From: Balanoglossus misakiensis
Lineage: Eukaryota; Animalia; Hemichordata
Direction: 5' to 3'
DNA length: 64,000 nucleotides
NCBI GenBank assembly: GCA_040954595.2
Contig: CM082585.2
Coordinates: forward strand, 4,675,358 to 4,739,357
Shown here: positions 13,901 to 26,200 of the stretch, piece after piece
Layout of the letters: each line of letters starts with the position of its first letter
Numbering within the stretch: the stretch's first letter is position 1
Translations under genes and position numbers: made by a program
The notes under the pieces: model-generated
Databases searched by the model: none
Told to the model about the DNA's origin: nothing
What the model saw: the letters and a program-made list of their open reading frames with translations, nothing else

Positions 13901-14204
13901 CAACCCAATAGCAAGACGGAAGCAAACTACAGACACATCTGTGTGATGTGATAATGTTTGTACAAACTGAGTGACTTGAATGATTGTACTTCTTGCTCAC
14001 TAAAACATTCTATTTCAGGGTCTGCGTGAAAAGCAGAAAGCGGTGCGAGAGAGCCACGGGCCCAGCATGCGACAGATGAAAATGTGGAAAGACTTCGAAA
14101 TGCTGCTGGAATGTAAGAAGCAGTGTTTTCAGAAAGACCAGAATCAACCGGAGAGTGGAACAATTATACGAGACGATGGCGGTGAAGACAGACTGGTTCT
14201 GTAA
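4949..14204 (+). CDS. IFT81: Intraflagellar transport protein 81, 13 coding exons, ~674 aa
   Basis: Exons: 4949-5092, 5650-5744, 6217-6397, 7039-7194, 8949-9059, 9448-9532, 9872-10035, 10475-10717, 11674-11823, 12358-12486, 12717-12893, 13451-13654, 14019-14204; 2025 nt, all GT-AG and in frame. N-terminus [27 protein letters not shown]; also [29 protein letters not shown] and C-terminal GGEDRLVL. Confidence 0.96.
7236..8320. mobile_element. Kolobok-like non-autonomous element (family A) interrupted by a nested insertion
   Basis: TTAA|AGGTACACAGTCACC ... GGTGACCATATACCT|TTAA: terminal inverted repeats with TTAA on both sides. Confidence 0.7.
7384..8282. mobile_element. Tc1/mariner-pogo(Tigger)-like non-autonomous element, 899 bp
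   Basis: TA|CAGTAAAACCTGTCAAAACCGGAC ... GTCCGGTTTTGACAGGTTTTACTG|TA: perfect 24-bp TIR, TA target duplication, internal TCCGGTTT repeats, CpG-rich interior. Confidence 0.85.
9671..9770 (+). repeat. Interspersed repeat family R1 (partial copy)
   Basis: CACACAGGGACCATTGAAATG...CTCAGCTCAAATACTGGC...GGTCCTGGAACGTTT recurs at ~13678, ~37550 and, inverted, at 54420-54740. Confidence 0.7.
13676..13872 (+). repeat. Interspersed repeat family R1
   Basis: Same core as 9671, extended by GCCGGCCAGACCTGAGCCAGTGTAAGGATTAAC...TGTCTATGGGG. Confidence 0.7.
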
Positions 14205-16016
14205 ATGCTTTGCGTGGCGCGGGAGATCTGTAGAGGGCAGTCGTTGTACTGTACGCCATTCTTGGGAAGTTTTGAAATGTTTGTCTAAAATGGAACTAAA
14301 GCTCTTGAGAAAGAGACCCACTACTTTGATTATCTTACAACGAAGACAGTCATGAAATTAGAAATACAATGTATAGTCATCCAAACATCTATCGCTATAC
14401 AATGATTTTTTGTTTGTTTTTTATAATGTATTGATGTATTTTCTTCAAATTCAACAATTGCTATCAGACCTGTACCATATTGATGTAAAACTGACTCCTG
14501 TACATACATTTCAATGGAAGAGACTTTCATATCTACCGTTAAATTTAAACCTTTCACCAATTCGATAAAGTTGGCCCTCTGCACAGGAAACCGGGGTGAA
14601 AAGAGTAAGCCTGCCAAGTCACAAAACACCATTATTTTCCAAGTGAATTAGTAATCTAATGCGCATTAGAATTTTATTCTATTTCATCAAGTTTTTTGCC
14701 ATGCCATCAAATACCAAACTTTTTCAGTTCACCACTAAGTTGAGTTCAGAATGGATGTGAATAAACAAACCAATTTAGTGTAATTCAAGAAGTTTTCATT
14801 AACGTCATACTACTATGTGTGTCATAATTTTCAAAAAAGTGTTGGTACTGCACACAACAAAATGTATAGTTTTATACATAAATTGAATGACTGGCATTTT
14901 GACCAATGCTGTAAGATTGTAAGATTAAAAAAGTCACATCCACTCATGGTTTAAAGTTCATATTCTAAGCTATATGGACATGCCACTGAATAGTGAGCAC
15001 TCATGCCGTCCACAGTTTGAAATGTTTTCTCTCTTGTATAGTGTAAAAAACAGTTATAAAAAAAGCATATCTTGTGAACATGAATTCTGTGTACATTTGT
15101 TTCTGTTTATATAAATATCTAAATAAATAAAAAACTATCATTCCGTTTTGTCTCCAAGTGATCCTATTGGTACTAGTATTTACATGTATATCGGTACATA
15201 TACTAAATGTCAGCTAAAAGGGGGAGTATTTAGAAGCATCTGTGTGCGTGTGAATAATTGAAGTTCAAAGGGACGTACTAACCTTAGCTAGACAAGTTCA
15301 TAAAAACGTGACTCGTCGCTGAGAAGTTATCCTTTTATTTGTAGTCCAATTCATTTCCGTATTTGTTTTAGTATCCGTATTGGAGTCACTGACACAAATT
15401 TACATGTTATTTTCCTGTTGGATCTGTGGGGATATGCAGTTGGTTTGAGGGCCTGCACACAAATAAACATGCACAAGAAAAATTGTGTGGGAGTTTACAG
15501 AGACCATCAAAAAGGGACAGGTCACATGAGGTAGATTCATTTCGTCTTTTTCTCACTTAACCAATAAAAAAAAAGATTAAGCTTACACAAAGTATTTGAA
15601 ATATGAGTTCTAGATATTTTTAATAGTATGCCCCATAAACCTTTGCCTAGTACCTAAACTACCGGTACATGTATCTCCAGAACCGAACAGGATTTTTTTT
15701 AGGTACGCATGTGTATTATGATCATTATATATAGGCAAAAGTAAAACTGTTGTACTGTCTGCAGCCAAACAGTTAAAACTTTCAAACTTAATGAATAGAC
15801 CAACATGTTGGTCTGTTGTATTTACAGTCGAAAATGTATCTAAACTAACTGGCAATCAAGTCACTTCGTAAAGTCAGTGACCACTCCATGCAACCCCGCC
15901 CTTTTACTGCATTGTTGTCGCGTGAGGGCGCTTGTTATATCATTCAGATTCAGATAGACGACGGAGGTTGTTTGAATTTTACACGTTGACGAGTGAAGCG
16001 TTGAAAACACTCAAAT

Positions 16017-18120
16017 ATGACGACAAACACCTCCAGTTTTTCGTTTGGACATGTGCTGGGGGCAGGTAGAGGTAGACTCCTCCAGAGAAATAACTTTTTT
16101 CAACCAGCAAGACGTCCGGGAACAGCAAATACGACGACATCACCAGCTGAGGTCACTCAACCGTCTCCTACTCCAAGAAGACCTGTTGCCGTGTGTCCTG
16201 TCAGCAGTGATCAAAATGCCGCCTGTCAGTCAGTTGGTCAGCGTGGATCCCAGGACGTACGCCCCAAGACATCGGATTCTCAACAAGGTAACGAAGCTTT
16301 GTACTGTGAATTGAGAATCGCATACTTCCACTTTTAAAAGTTGTAAACTTACAGTAAACTCAGTCACTGTCAGTAAGAAAAAGGCTACTTTTACCTCGCC
16401 GCCGCGCGGGTAGCAACATACGCAGCCCGGTCTATGTGATATATATTATTACAGCGCAGCGACATGCACCTTTCCTGCGTCTGTATTACCGGAGTTTGAG
16501 ATGTTTGGACGGTACAGTCGGCGCCGAAATCGTTCAGAATCCTACCCTGGTAAAAACATGTAGTCTATGCCATTTCCCTCTCATTGCGAGGTCTCGCGAG
16601 ATTTGGTAAATTTGCGTAGCAACGGGTTGTGAGCCAACTCAAGCTTGGTATGAAAGTAGAATAGGTGTAGATGTAATGAAAATCGTAACTTCTGTGTCGT
16701 TTAATAACACGATGAGCCATTTGTTGTTTGTCCTGTGTCACATGAGAATGTCCTCCCATGTACATTGCCTAGCCACACGAGATCTTGCAGGGTAAGGGTC
16801 TTGTGAAGTTCGGAAAATGGTCTAAAATGTGTGTATTAGAAACTTGAGGCTGTGAGGCTGGATTGTGAAGAGGGGAAAATAAAAAAGCATCCTCGTGTTG
16901 TATAATTCTACCAAATGAAGACTATTTCTGCATTATAAAGGGCCATAATTACAAACACCCAACAAGGCATAATAATATGCTGTACATAGCATTAGGCAGT
17001 TTGGTGTTTTGTGAATCTTGCATACATGATTTTTGGATTTTACATTTATGAATTTATATGTTTATTTTATCTTCAGCTTGTTCTCGCCCTAAAATCAAAC
17101 TGTTAGCCAAGTACAGCTACAAAGCTAACCCTGACAAGCCGGGTGGTTTCACAGAGCTGGACATGAAACAGGGACAGACTCTGACACTTGTCAACAAACA
17201 CGAGACGAACGAACACTGGTGGAATGTACAAGATGAAAATGGTTGCCAAGGTTACGTACCAGCAAGTTATCTGAAGGTACTTTGTTTACATGGTTAAGGT
17301 GCACATTACAGTAAAAAATCGGGCTGGCGTCTATGAAGAAATTTGGGATTTTACTAAGCTTCAGATATATGGCAAAAGCTCACTGCAGAATTCATGTGTT
17401 GTGTTTCTTTTCATTTTTTCTCAGGTGCTGGAAGACAAACCCAGTACATTGCCATGGTTACAAAAGACTGGTGAAGAGGAGAAGGGTACACAGGGAACAA
17501 ATGTATTTGGTTCACCAGGCAAATGTAAGAAAAACAGGCATAATTAAATGGCCATCTTTTTTTTAAATATTTGACACACGATGAACATCTGCGTTTTAGC
17601 CACTTACAAACATTGTCGAATGTAATGAATATTGGACAGCTGTTTTGAATTGGTATAATTGAGAAACTGCAAAAGTATGAGGTTAGACTTATCACCCAAT
17701 TTGCTGTCTTTCCCCGATCTTCGACGCAGACTATGGTCGCTGCCATCTTGTCTGTTGTAAGGACAGCACACTGCCGTATGGCATTGACTGTAAACAGTTT
17801 TTGTAACCAGAGTCTCTGGTTTGGCACATGCGCATAAGACTATCGTCACCCTGTAAGGTTTTGCACACATGCAATAGGTTGCAATGTTGCTTGAAATGTT
17901 CCTCCTTGCTCAAGTCAAACCACTGTTCGTTATTACAGCTGCATTTGTGCCCTACAAGTCTGCCTACACTAAGACAGGAGATCTGGCCAGATCTGCTGCA
18001 GGGGACAAGTACTACTGTGATGTGTGCGAGAAAAGCTTCAATGGACCCAAGCCCTACAGTTCTCACATGGCTAGCCGTGCCCATAGAGAGGAGGTGGAGC
18101 TGGCTGCAGAAAGATCCTAA
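16017..18120 (+). CDS. Uncharacterised SH3-domain + C-terminal matrin/U1-type C2H2 zinc-finger protein, 4 exons, ~250 aa
   Basis: Exons 16017-16287, 17077-17276, 17425-17524, 17939-18120; 753 nt in frame, GT-AG. SH3: LLAKYSY...ELDMKQGQTLTLV...WWNV...GYVPASYL. Zinc finger: YYCDVCEKSFNGPKPYSSHMASRAH (C-x2-C-x12-H-x5-H). Exon 1 is low-complexity and the least certain. Confidence 0.85.
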
Positions 18121-20277
18121 TCTACCTACAAAGTTCTGATGAAAACTCTGTTTTAGTCGACGTCTGAGCGTAGAGTAGATTTTTTAGTGTTCATATAAAA
18201 AGCTGTTTTCAAATGGTTTGGAAAATGTTGACCTTATTTCCATGCTCAGTAATATCATTTTCTTGTTTTGGTTTATTGACTTATCATATACACATTTCTA
18301 GTTTACCTACGCGTTATTAAGTGTATAACTTTTTTGCAAAGTGTAGTACAGCTCTGAGACATAACTAGTAAAAAGCTCTGTAGCTTTGGCCACATGTTTA
18401 TAACTACATGTTTTAAGGCCATAGAAAAGACCTCCGCTTTTCTACCAAAGATTGTAGGTGTACAATCCTTTGAAATGTGTATTTTCTCAGGTATACTTGT
18501 TGTGCTTATTTGGATGACAAAAGTCTTTGTTTTACAATGAAAATGGTTGTACTGCACAGATGGAGTGTACTGACCATTAAGATTTTTGATCAACAAAGTA
18601 TTATAAAACACTGTGCTTTTGCCATTCAAGGGGAAAATGAAAAGCTATGTGTGGTCTAGACCGCAATGAAAGCTTGTGATAAAAATGGATTACCCTTAAC
18701 AAGACAAAACCTAATCCCTTCCCCCATGTCAACACACGTCTTACACGTTTTACAATCACTCTATTTCTTGTCAAATGGACTGATCAAAAAATTGGTCAGT
18801 ACATTCTTTCTGTGCAACACAAACTGTTTTCTGTGTTAGCATCCAGGTTGTTTCCGTTTTTGCATGTTATGAATTTTATTGAGGAAAGATGGTTTAGTTA
18901 GAAGCCACAATCATTGACTCGAATCAAGAGATGTTAATCAGAAGTTTCTCAGGAAGTTAAATTAGGTTATCAAAATCATGTGATATGATTATCAGAAAAA
19001 AACTTGTATTGAAAAATTTTGAGAATGACGTTGACTTAATTAATAGACTTTGGCCAGTATTACTCATGTTCCATTTTTCGTAATTGAAAGGAAAGTCACT
19101 GTTTTGATATTAAGGTTTGTGTTTATGGGGAAGTTTGACTGAAATATGTTGAATCAGCATTTATCTCGGGTCTACTCAGAGAATACAGTTCAGGCTATAT
19201 AGAATAGCATGCAGGTAACAGTCATGAGTAGTTACACAGGTGCTACAACTTTAAAATAAGCTGGGCAATGTTCAATAATGCAAGTCGCGCTCATGTTCTG
19301 ATATGAACTCACTTTGTCCCATGCCATGACCAGGTATTGACAGTTGTTCTATCACATGACTGATTCTAGCAAATCACGAAGCAGCATGAGCACGAGGTGT
19401 TATAAATTTAGTGTGAAAGGTTTCAATAGTGTAATTGTCAACAACATATCCTATATATTGTCCAGGGAAGAATGAGACCTCTAATGGCCCAGATTCAGCA
19501 TATTTCAGTCAACAGACCAACTTCGCTCGCTCCCAGTGTAGAAGAGAATTGCATAGATAGATTATTTCGGTTTACACTTTTTAGTCACATGCATGCTGTC
19601 AAAATATTATTGCTTTACTCGTTCAGTGCTTTTATGTTTTTGTACCGGATTTATTTATTAAATAAAGACAAAAAATTACATTTAAACAGTTTATTTTCTC
19701 AAAGTGGTTTCTTACAGTGATTGAAAAAACCCTAACAATACAGTTTCTATGGCGGAAAAGGCTACAAATGGAATCCAAAATTTTCCCATGCACTGTCAGT
19801 ACAATATTAATATGGTCAGCAAGTCGCGCACTTTTCCACTTTGACAGCTATTTATTCTTTCTCTACTGCTTGGCTAAGCTTTATCTATGTACAAGTTTTT
19901 TTTCCCCAGCTTGCTGATTGCAAATTAGAAATCCATTCGATGCAAAATGCTAATTGCATCTGAAATAAATCAATTTGTTTATCGTTGTCCATTCAAATTA
20001 ACAGAATTCGATTTGATTTGGAAAAAAATAGGCACTGTGGTTGCGATCTCTGCAATCAAATCCCTTCCGAGCAAACTGGAATCAAATCAACTAATAGAAT
20101 TTCATTTTATTCTAGTCTGTGGTAAGTGTCCTATGGGATCTTGTATTGACGTCAATTCAGTTCTGGATGGTTGGGTTAATGGGCAACACACAGTATTTCG
20201 TCTTTTTTTTTGTAAAGTTTTTTTTTACATTTTTTTATTGGATGAAGCGAGCTTCATTTTTAATTGCTACAGACTTC

Positions 20278-23200
20278 TTAGGCAACATACGTGTAGACTT
20301 TTCTGTAGAGAGAGAGATAGAGAAAAAAAAGTTTATAAATATATCCCAGATAAAGAAATGAACTGTGATCCCCTGAAAATGTTTCAGTATACACACAAAT
20401 ACAGGCACATGCCATTGTAAACGACGATTCACTATGTGTCAATTTGTAACCATTGAAACGCGATGGAGAAAACTTTACAGACTGTAACGTTTCCTCCCAA
20501 CAATACCAGTTACTGCAAAAAAAAAAAAATAAACGACCAAAAAAAGTCAACTTTCAAGGCTCTGAATGTTATATGTATCAACCCATTAAAAAACTTGATG
20601 ACATGGAAAATAGTTAAACTTGCCTGTCTTCAGGCGTTCTGGCCAAGTATTCTCTCTCGATCAAGTTCTCTATTCTCTTTTTGATAACAACAGGGCTCGG
20701 TAAGAATCTGGACTTCAGCTGCTCAGTAACCTGAAAATACAAAATGTTTATTTCAGTACTATAGACATGCTTAAAAATCTAGATGTAGGTCACTCTTAAA
20801 GGGGAAATCCGTTGTAGCTGATTTCTACATAATTTGGTAGCTTTGATGTCACTCTTTCAGAAAAAAAACATATTCGCCATGTATAGGTCGCGCGATTTTT
20901 CACAAAATCTAGGGAAAGTTGGCAGAATTTCCAATATGGCGTTTACTGTAATTTGAATCATGGGAAAAAAAGCGCCAGGACCAACTTCCGCCCACCATGG
21001 TGTGGGTGATACCATTCTCCGATAGGTGTCACTGGGCGACAGACTAGGCGTATTTTCATAGCTATTGTTTGTTCTTTGCATCAGTTGATAAACAATCATC
21101 AGCAAAGTCGAAAATTTGTCATCTATTGACAGTTTTCATGAGCTATAACCCATCGAAAATATGCAAATACGCTTAGCTTGTGACGCAGTGACACCAATCG
21201 GAAAATGGTATCACCCACACTAAGGTGGGCGGAAGTTGGTCCTGGCGCTTTTTTTCCCATGATTCAAATTACAGTAAACGCCATATTGGAACTTTCTCTA
21301 GATTTTGTAAAAAATCGCGCGACCTATACATGGCGAATATGTTTTTTTCTGAAAGAGTGACATCAAAACTACCAAATTATGTAGAAATCAGCTACGACGG
21401 ATTTCCCCTTTAACATAAAAAGCATTTCTAGACCAGTGTGATGTGAAATATGTTTGCAAGTTTACGTAATCCGTATTGTTGGGGGCTGTACCATGGTCAA
21501 TTTTGTCATAGATCCACAAATAACTTTATTACACCCCCTCCCCCCAGCAATACAGTTGTGTTTTTTCCAGCAGTTACCACAGCTACCAAGCCATTTACCC
21601 ATATTACCAATTCTTTGTAAAAACACCGGTTTTACTAAAAGTGCAAGTTTGAGGTCTAGCAGGTGAGTCAACTCGTCATTGCTGCAACACTTTACTTTCC
21701 ACTACAAGAAATCGCCATTGACAATCTTACCTCTGCAACAAGAAGATTATGCGACCTCCTCTTTCGTGATTTCATGATACGAACAATGGCAGCCTCGATT
21801 TCGTGTTTTCTGTCTTCGTCCACCCGGCTTCTGGTTTCTTTCCTTTCGGGTTCCGATTCGCCCTTCGCAGCCACTGTGTGAAAGGGGAAGATGAAGAAAT
21901 CTGATGAGCATTTTTGCTTCTTTTCTTCCATGATGACGTGAGCTCCTCAGGACAGTTCTTTGCACTGAGTGCCAGACTTACTTATCTCTGAAGCTTTTTG
22001 TGTTAATACATGTACCAACATTCAATTTCATCACTTTACAGAGCTCTGAACTGAATTATGACAGGTGCCAATAACTGGAATAGTGCAACTTGTAAATTGA
22101 GTGGAACTCACCAGTCTGGATCTTCACTCTGTGTAGTTTAGACGTAAAATGGTCATTCACAGTAAAGGTGTCATTTGGTTCTGGAGAGAAAATAAGACAT
22201 CAGAAATTATTGACGATAATTCTCAAATGCTGGGGTTGCTGGTGCACTATCGTTCAGGGAAGTCAATTTTGATATATTTTGCAAAATATTTGTTGTATTA
22301 TGTTTGGAAACACTGATTTAATCTAAAAAAAATATTTTTCTGTACGAAAAACATGTTCTGACAATACATACTCTCTCCTGTGCCTCACTTGTTTGCTGGT
22401 CTGTTTTTCATTTTTGTGTACCCCCAACTACCCACACCTAATAGGAGTAGTTGGTGAACTGGCCACAATGAACTACAACTGACACCAAGTCCGAATATAT
22501 ACACCCCTTATTTCTTCAAACTGGTTTGATTTCCAGGGGGCCTAAACTTCTGGCACCCAGGCCTGTTAAGCTGCCAAATGTGTGTGACACATTAGGGCCT
22601 ATACATGACCACCCAGCCAAATCAGTGTATGTGAGCCATGCCAAAAAGTTGAAAATTGGGAAGAAGGCTCCATGTCATGTTTAACTTTAACTAACCAACT
22701 TACCTATTTCTTTGGATTTGGGTTCCTTTGATAAAACTCTCTGTGTTGGTTTGCCACAGGCCAATGACTGCAGTGCTCGGATCAAATCTCTTGATGGGAT
22801 GTCAGTCTCCTGTGCAACTTCCTAAAAGGGAAAATCAATGAGTTAGTTATCTGCACAGCATAACCAACCCTTAACCCTTTTACCACCATGGTTCAATCCA
22901 AACCCATTGTTTTTATGGTAAGGTTGCACCTCTTAAGAGGGAACTGGGGGTGAAAGGGTTTATTTTTCAAATTTGTTAGGATATCTATGATTGGGATTTT
23001 TCTAAAGTTCGTAAGTAGGAGAATCTCCACTCCCATCTGGTTTCACCAATTGTACATTTCAATTGCAGTTGACCTAGGATTTTAAAACTCTCATGCTTGT
23101 TTAGTGAATCCTAGGATCCTAGCAGATTTATACAAAGCTGCAGGCAATGGTGAGATGTTTTGCCAAAATTTGTGTCCATCTTTTCTGTAATAATGATACA

Positions 23201-26200
23201 CATATGAACAGAGAACCCCTCTCAAACATCCAGACATACTTTGATAAACACTTTTCACGTACCTCGTATGAGCAGAGTTCCCTTGTGTTGAATAACATCA
23301 AAATAACCATCTGGTATGTTGACACTTGTAGAATATGCTTTCGAACTTGTGGCCCTGCGGCGGCTCCAGAAGCCCCTTCCTAATAAGGAGAAAATGTCAC
23401 ATGACAAAGAAATAAGAAATGACATTTTCAACCGTGATTTCCTGTCTTGTGTGTGTGGTCATCAGGGAATTCCACTGATAAATTGAACGTTTTGACGTGT
23501 TTTTCGCTCTGCAAGAGTACTAACTACTATGACATCAAAATACTTACTTTCTTTGGTGCATAGAAAGTGGCATTTAAATCTGCTGATCCCAATGATGGCT
23601 GAAGTGTTAGCTGACGACCACTGTGTTTACCAAGATAAAACCTGAAATAGAGTGTCATTTCTCATAACTACAAAAATATCTTTTGTAGATCCAATGTTTT
23701 CCTTTCAGAATTCTCAGATGTCAGAACTGTGGGCTGTTGGGATGTACAATCACATATACCTACCTTCTGAATGCCTCAAATGCATTCCTTGGCTGTGTTG
23801 GTACATTACATTTTGGAGTGGCTGATTGCGTAGGCCAGAAGCCAGTTGTTAACACTCGGACATTCAGATCAACTCCATGAAGTGAGGTCTGAATAAAGAA
23901 ATGTAATAAATTAAAATCATTTTTTTGTGAGTAGAAATCCAATTATTTTCTATTGTGTGATTTTTTTTTTTTTAATTTGCAAAAGTTCTATTTACATGTA
24001 CACAATGTAGTCCCACCATTTTCAGAGAATGAAAATGCGAGATGATGAATTTGAACATGGCCAAAGCCAGAAGGAAACTGAGGGGTGTTACATGCGTAAC
24101 TCCATCCAATATCAATTCACCCGAGTACAATTACACATATCCAGGGATGGGCCAGTATCATAGACTATTCATTCTACCATATGGCTGGCAGACACGCAAT
24201 AGGGTTCGCATCAGCTGTAGAGATGAGCAATTTATTCAAATACACTGATTAGCAGATGGCATCACCTGTATTCCTAGGAGTTTATTAAACAAATTATGTG
24301 ATGCCATAGAATAACTCTCCATTCTCCTGTAGTAAGCCTAACACAGCACCAAGATGTCTCATTTTATTATTCAAACACGAAAGATACAATGACTTTGTTG
24401 CACATAAATTTTTATCATTAACTCCAATCTACTGCAAGTGAAAGTAAATAGTTATGTAATTCAAAGCTTTATACTACTCACCCCTGATGTCTGTATGTGG
24501 GTTTTGAATTCTTCCATGGTGGTATTGGACACTGTCATGTCTTTGAACATTCCCTCCAGTTTTGATGTAAATTGACAACCACATTCAGTCTGTCAGGGTG
24601 AAAACAAAGCATACAATAACACAAATGCAATTGTCACTGTACATCATCTATACACGCCCACTTGGTTTCTAGAACTTCCATAGTTACACGTATCAGCCAA
24701 TTGCAAGTCAACTTCAGGTTTCACACAATCAAAGTCATTCAAATTTTTCAGACTTTCCTGAGGTCTCAATGTTCCTTTCTACACTTATTCAACGTCCATG
24801 TTGGTACTAAAATTGTTCTACACGGAGAATTTCAAGTGATAAATTTACATGTGAAAATCCCATCAATGTGCCTTACAAGAACTGGCCAAAAATCTTGCAG
24901 ACTTACACAGCCCACACAAAATTCGTCTGGCCTTCTTTTCAGCTACCTACCTTGAGCTTGGATATCATATTCTTTTCTGAGTCATCCGACACGCTCTTGT
25001 TGAGTAGGAGCCGTTTGGCCAAGTGTTGCTTGTAGTATCTCTCAAAGACGTCCTTCTCTTGCAAGAATCTAAACAGCACCATTGCCTTGTCCAAGACCAC
25101 TTCAACTTCTTGTTCAGACATCTGCAACACACAATGAGGGGACAATGACATCACGTGCAATGACGATTCACACACAGTGGAACCTGTACGAAGTGGCCAG
25201 TCAAGGGAATTTCCTAAACCTGCTTATATAGACACAGGTCAATCAACCCTAACGCTGCCAAGTCAGTTGAAACTGGCGTGATTTCCAGGGTGCCTAGAAT
25301 CCTGGCTCCCAGGCCTGTTAGGCTGCCAAGTGCGTGTTAATCAGTAGGGCCTATACAAGACCCTCAGACCAATACAGTGCAAACCAGTACGATTTGGTAC
25401 ATTTTACAGGGGGCTCAGACTGCCAAGTGTGTCTAAGTACATATGAGAGCCATGTCAAGAAAGTCAAAATACGTTTTAGAAGAAAAAGTGGCAAATACGT
25501 ATTTTAAGGGACTTGATACTCTGAACAGGTATGACACCCAGTAGCATTAGGAGTACTGTTCTCCAGGACCTTCAAAATTGAACATGTACTAGCCCCTTGA
25601 CAATTGGGGTTGAAAAATACACTTTTGTGTTTAAAACTTGTCTAATTCAGGGCAATTGTACTCTTTCTCAGTGGTGTACAAGAGAACAAAATAACTTACC
25701 CCCTTGACTCCTTTCTTAAGTTTGTCGTCAATGAACAACGACAGATACTCAGGTGATTTGTTGTTGAGATTGAGGAAATATTCAAAGTCTCCTGATATGG
25801 TTTGTTTAAACAGTCTATCGTCACTGAAGGATTCATGTAGGAAATGATCAAACCTGTCCTTCAAATCAAGTAAATCCTGCAATGATAAAATAGGAGTCAC
25901 TCAGTGATGTGTTTATGAGAAGTCAAAATTGGGATAATGTTTACATTATGTCAGGAGCATGTATTCACACTAGCCATTTTCAAGGTCAAGTTTGTCTAAC
26001 AAGATGTGAATGGGTTAGACTTGTCAGATTTACATGTGGCCCGTGTTCACTGCTATTATGGAATAACACGACAGGGTATCCAGACACTGTGACATATGTT
26101 CAATTCCAAAACATTTCAAAGTAATTTCTAAGGAGTCGTGTGTACAAGTAAATCAAAGTGAAATACAACTGCTGAGTGGTAAATTTTCCAGAAATAATCT

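Noticed and set aside
19947-20420. 157-aa plus-strand ORF overlapping the CUL3 3' end
   Set aside because: Low-complexity, UTR-like composition antisense to CUL3, with no domain signal.
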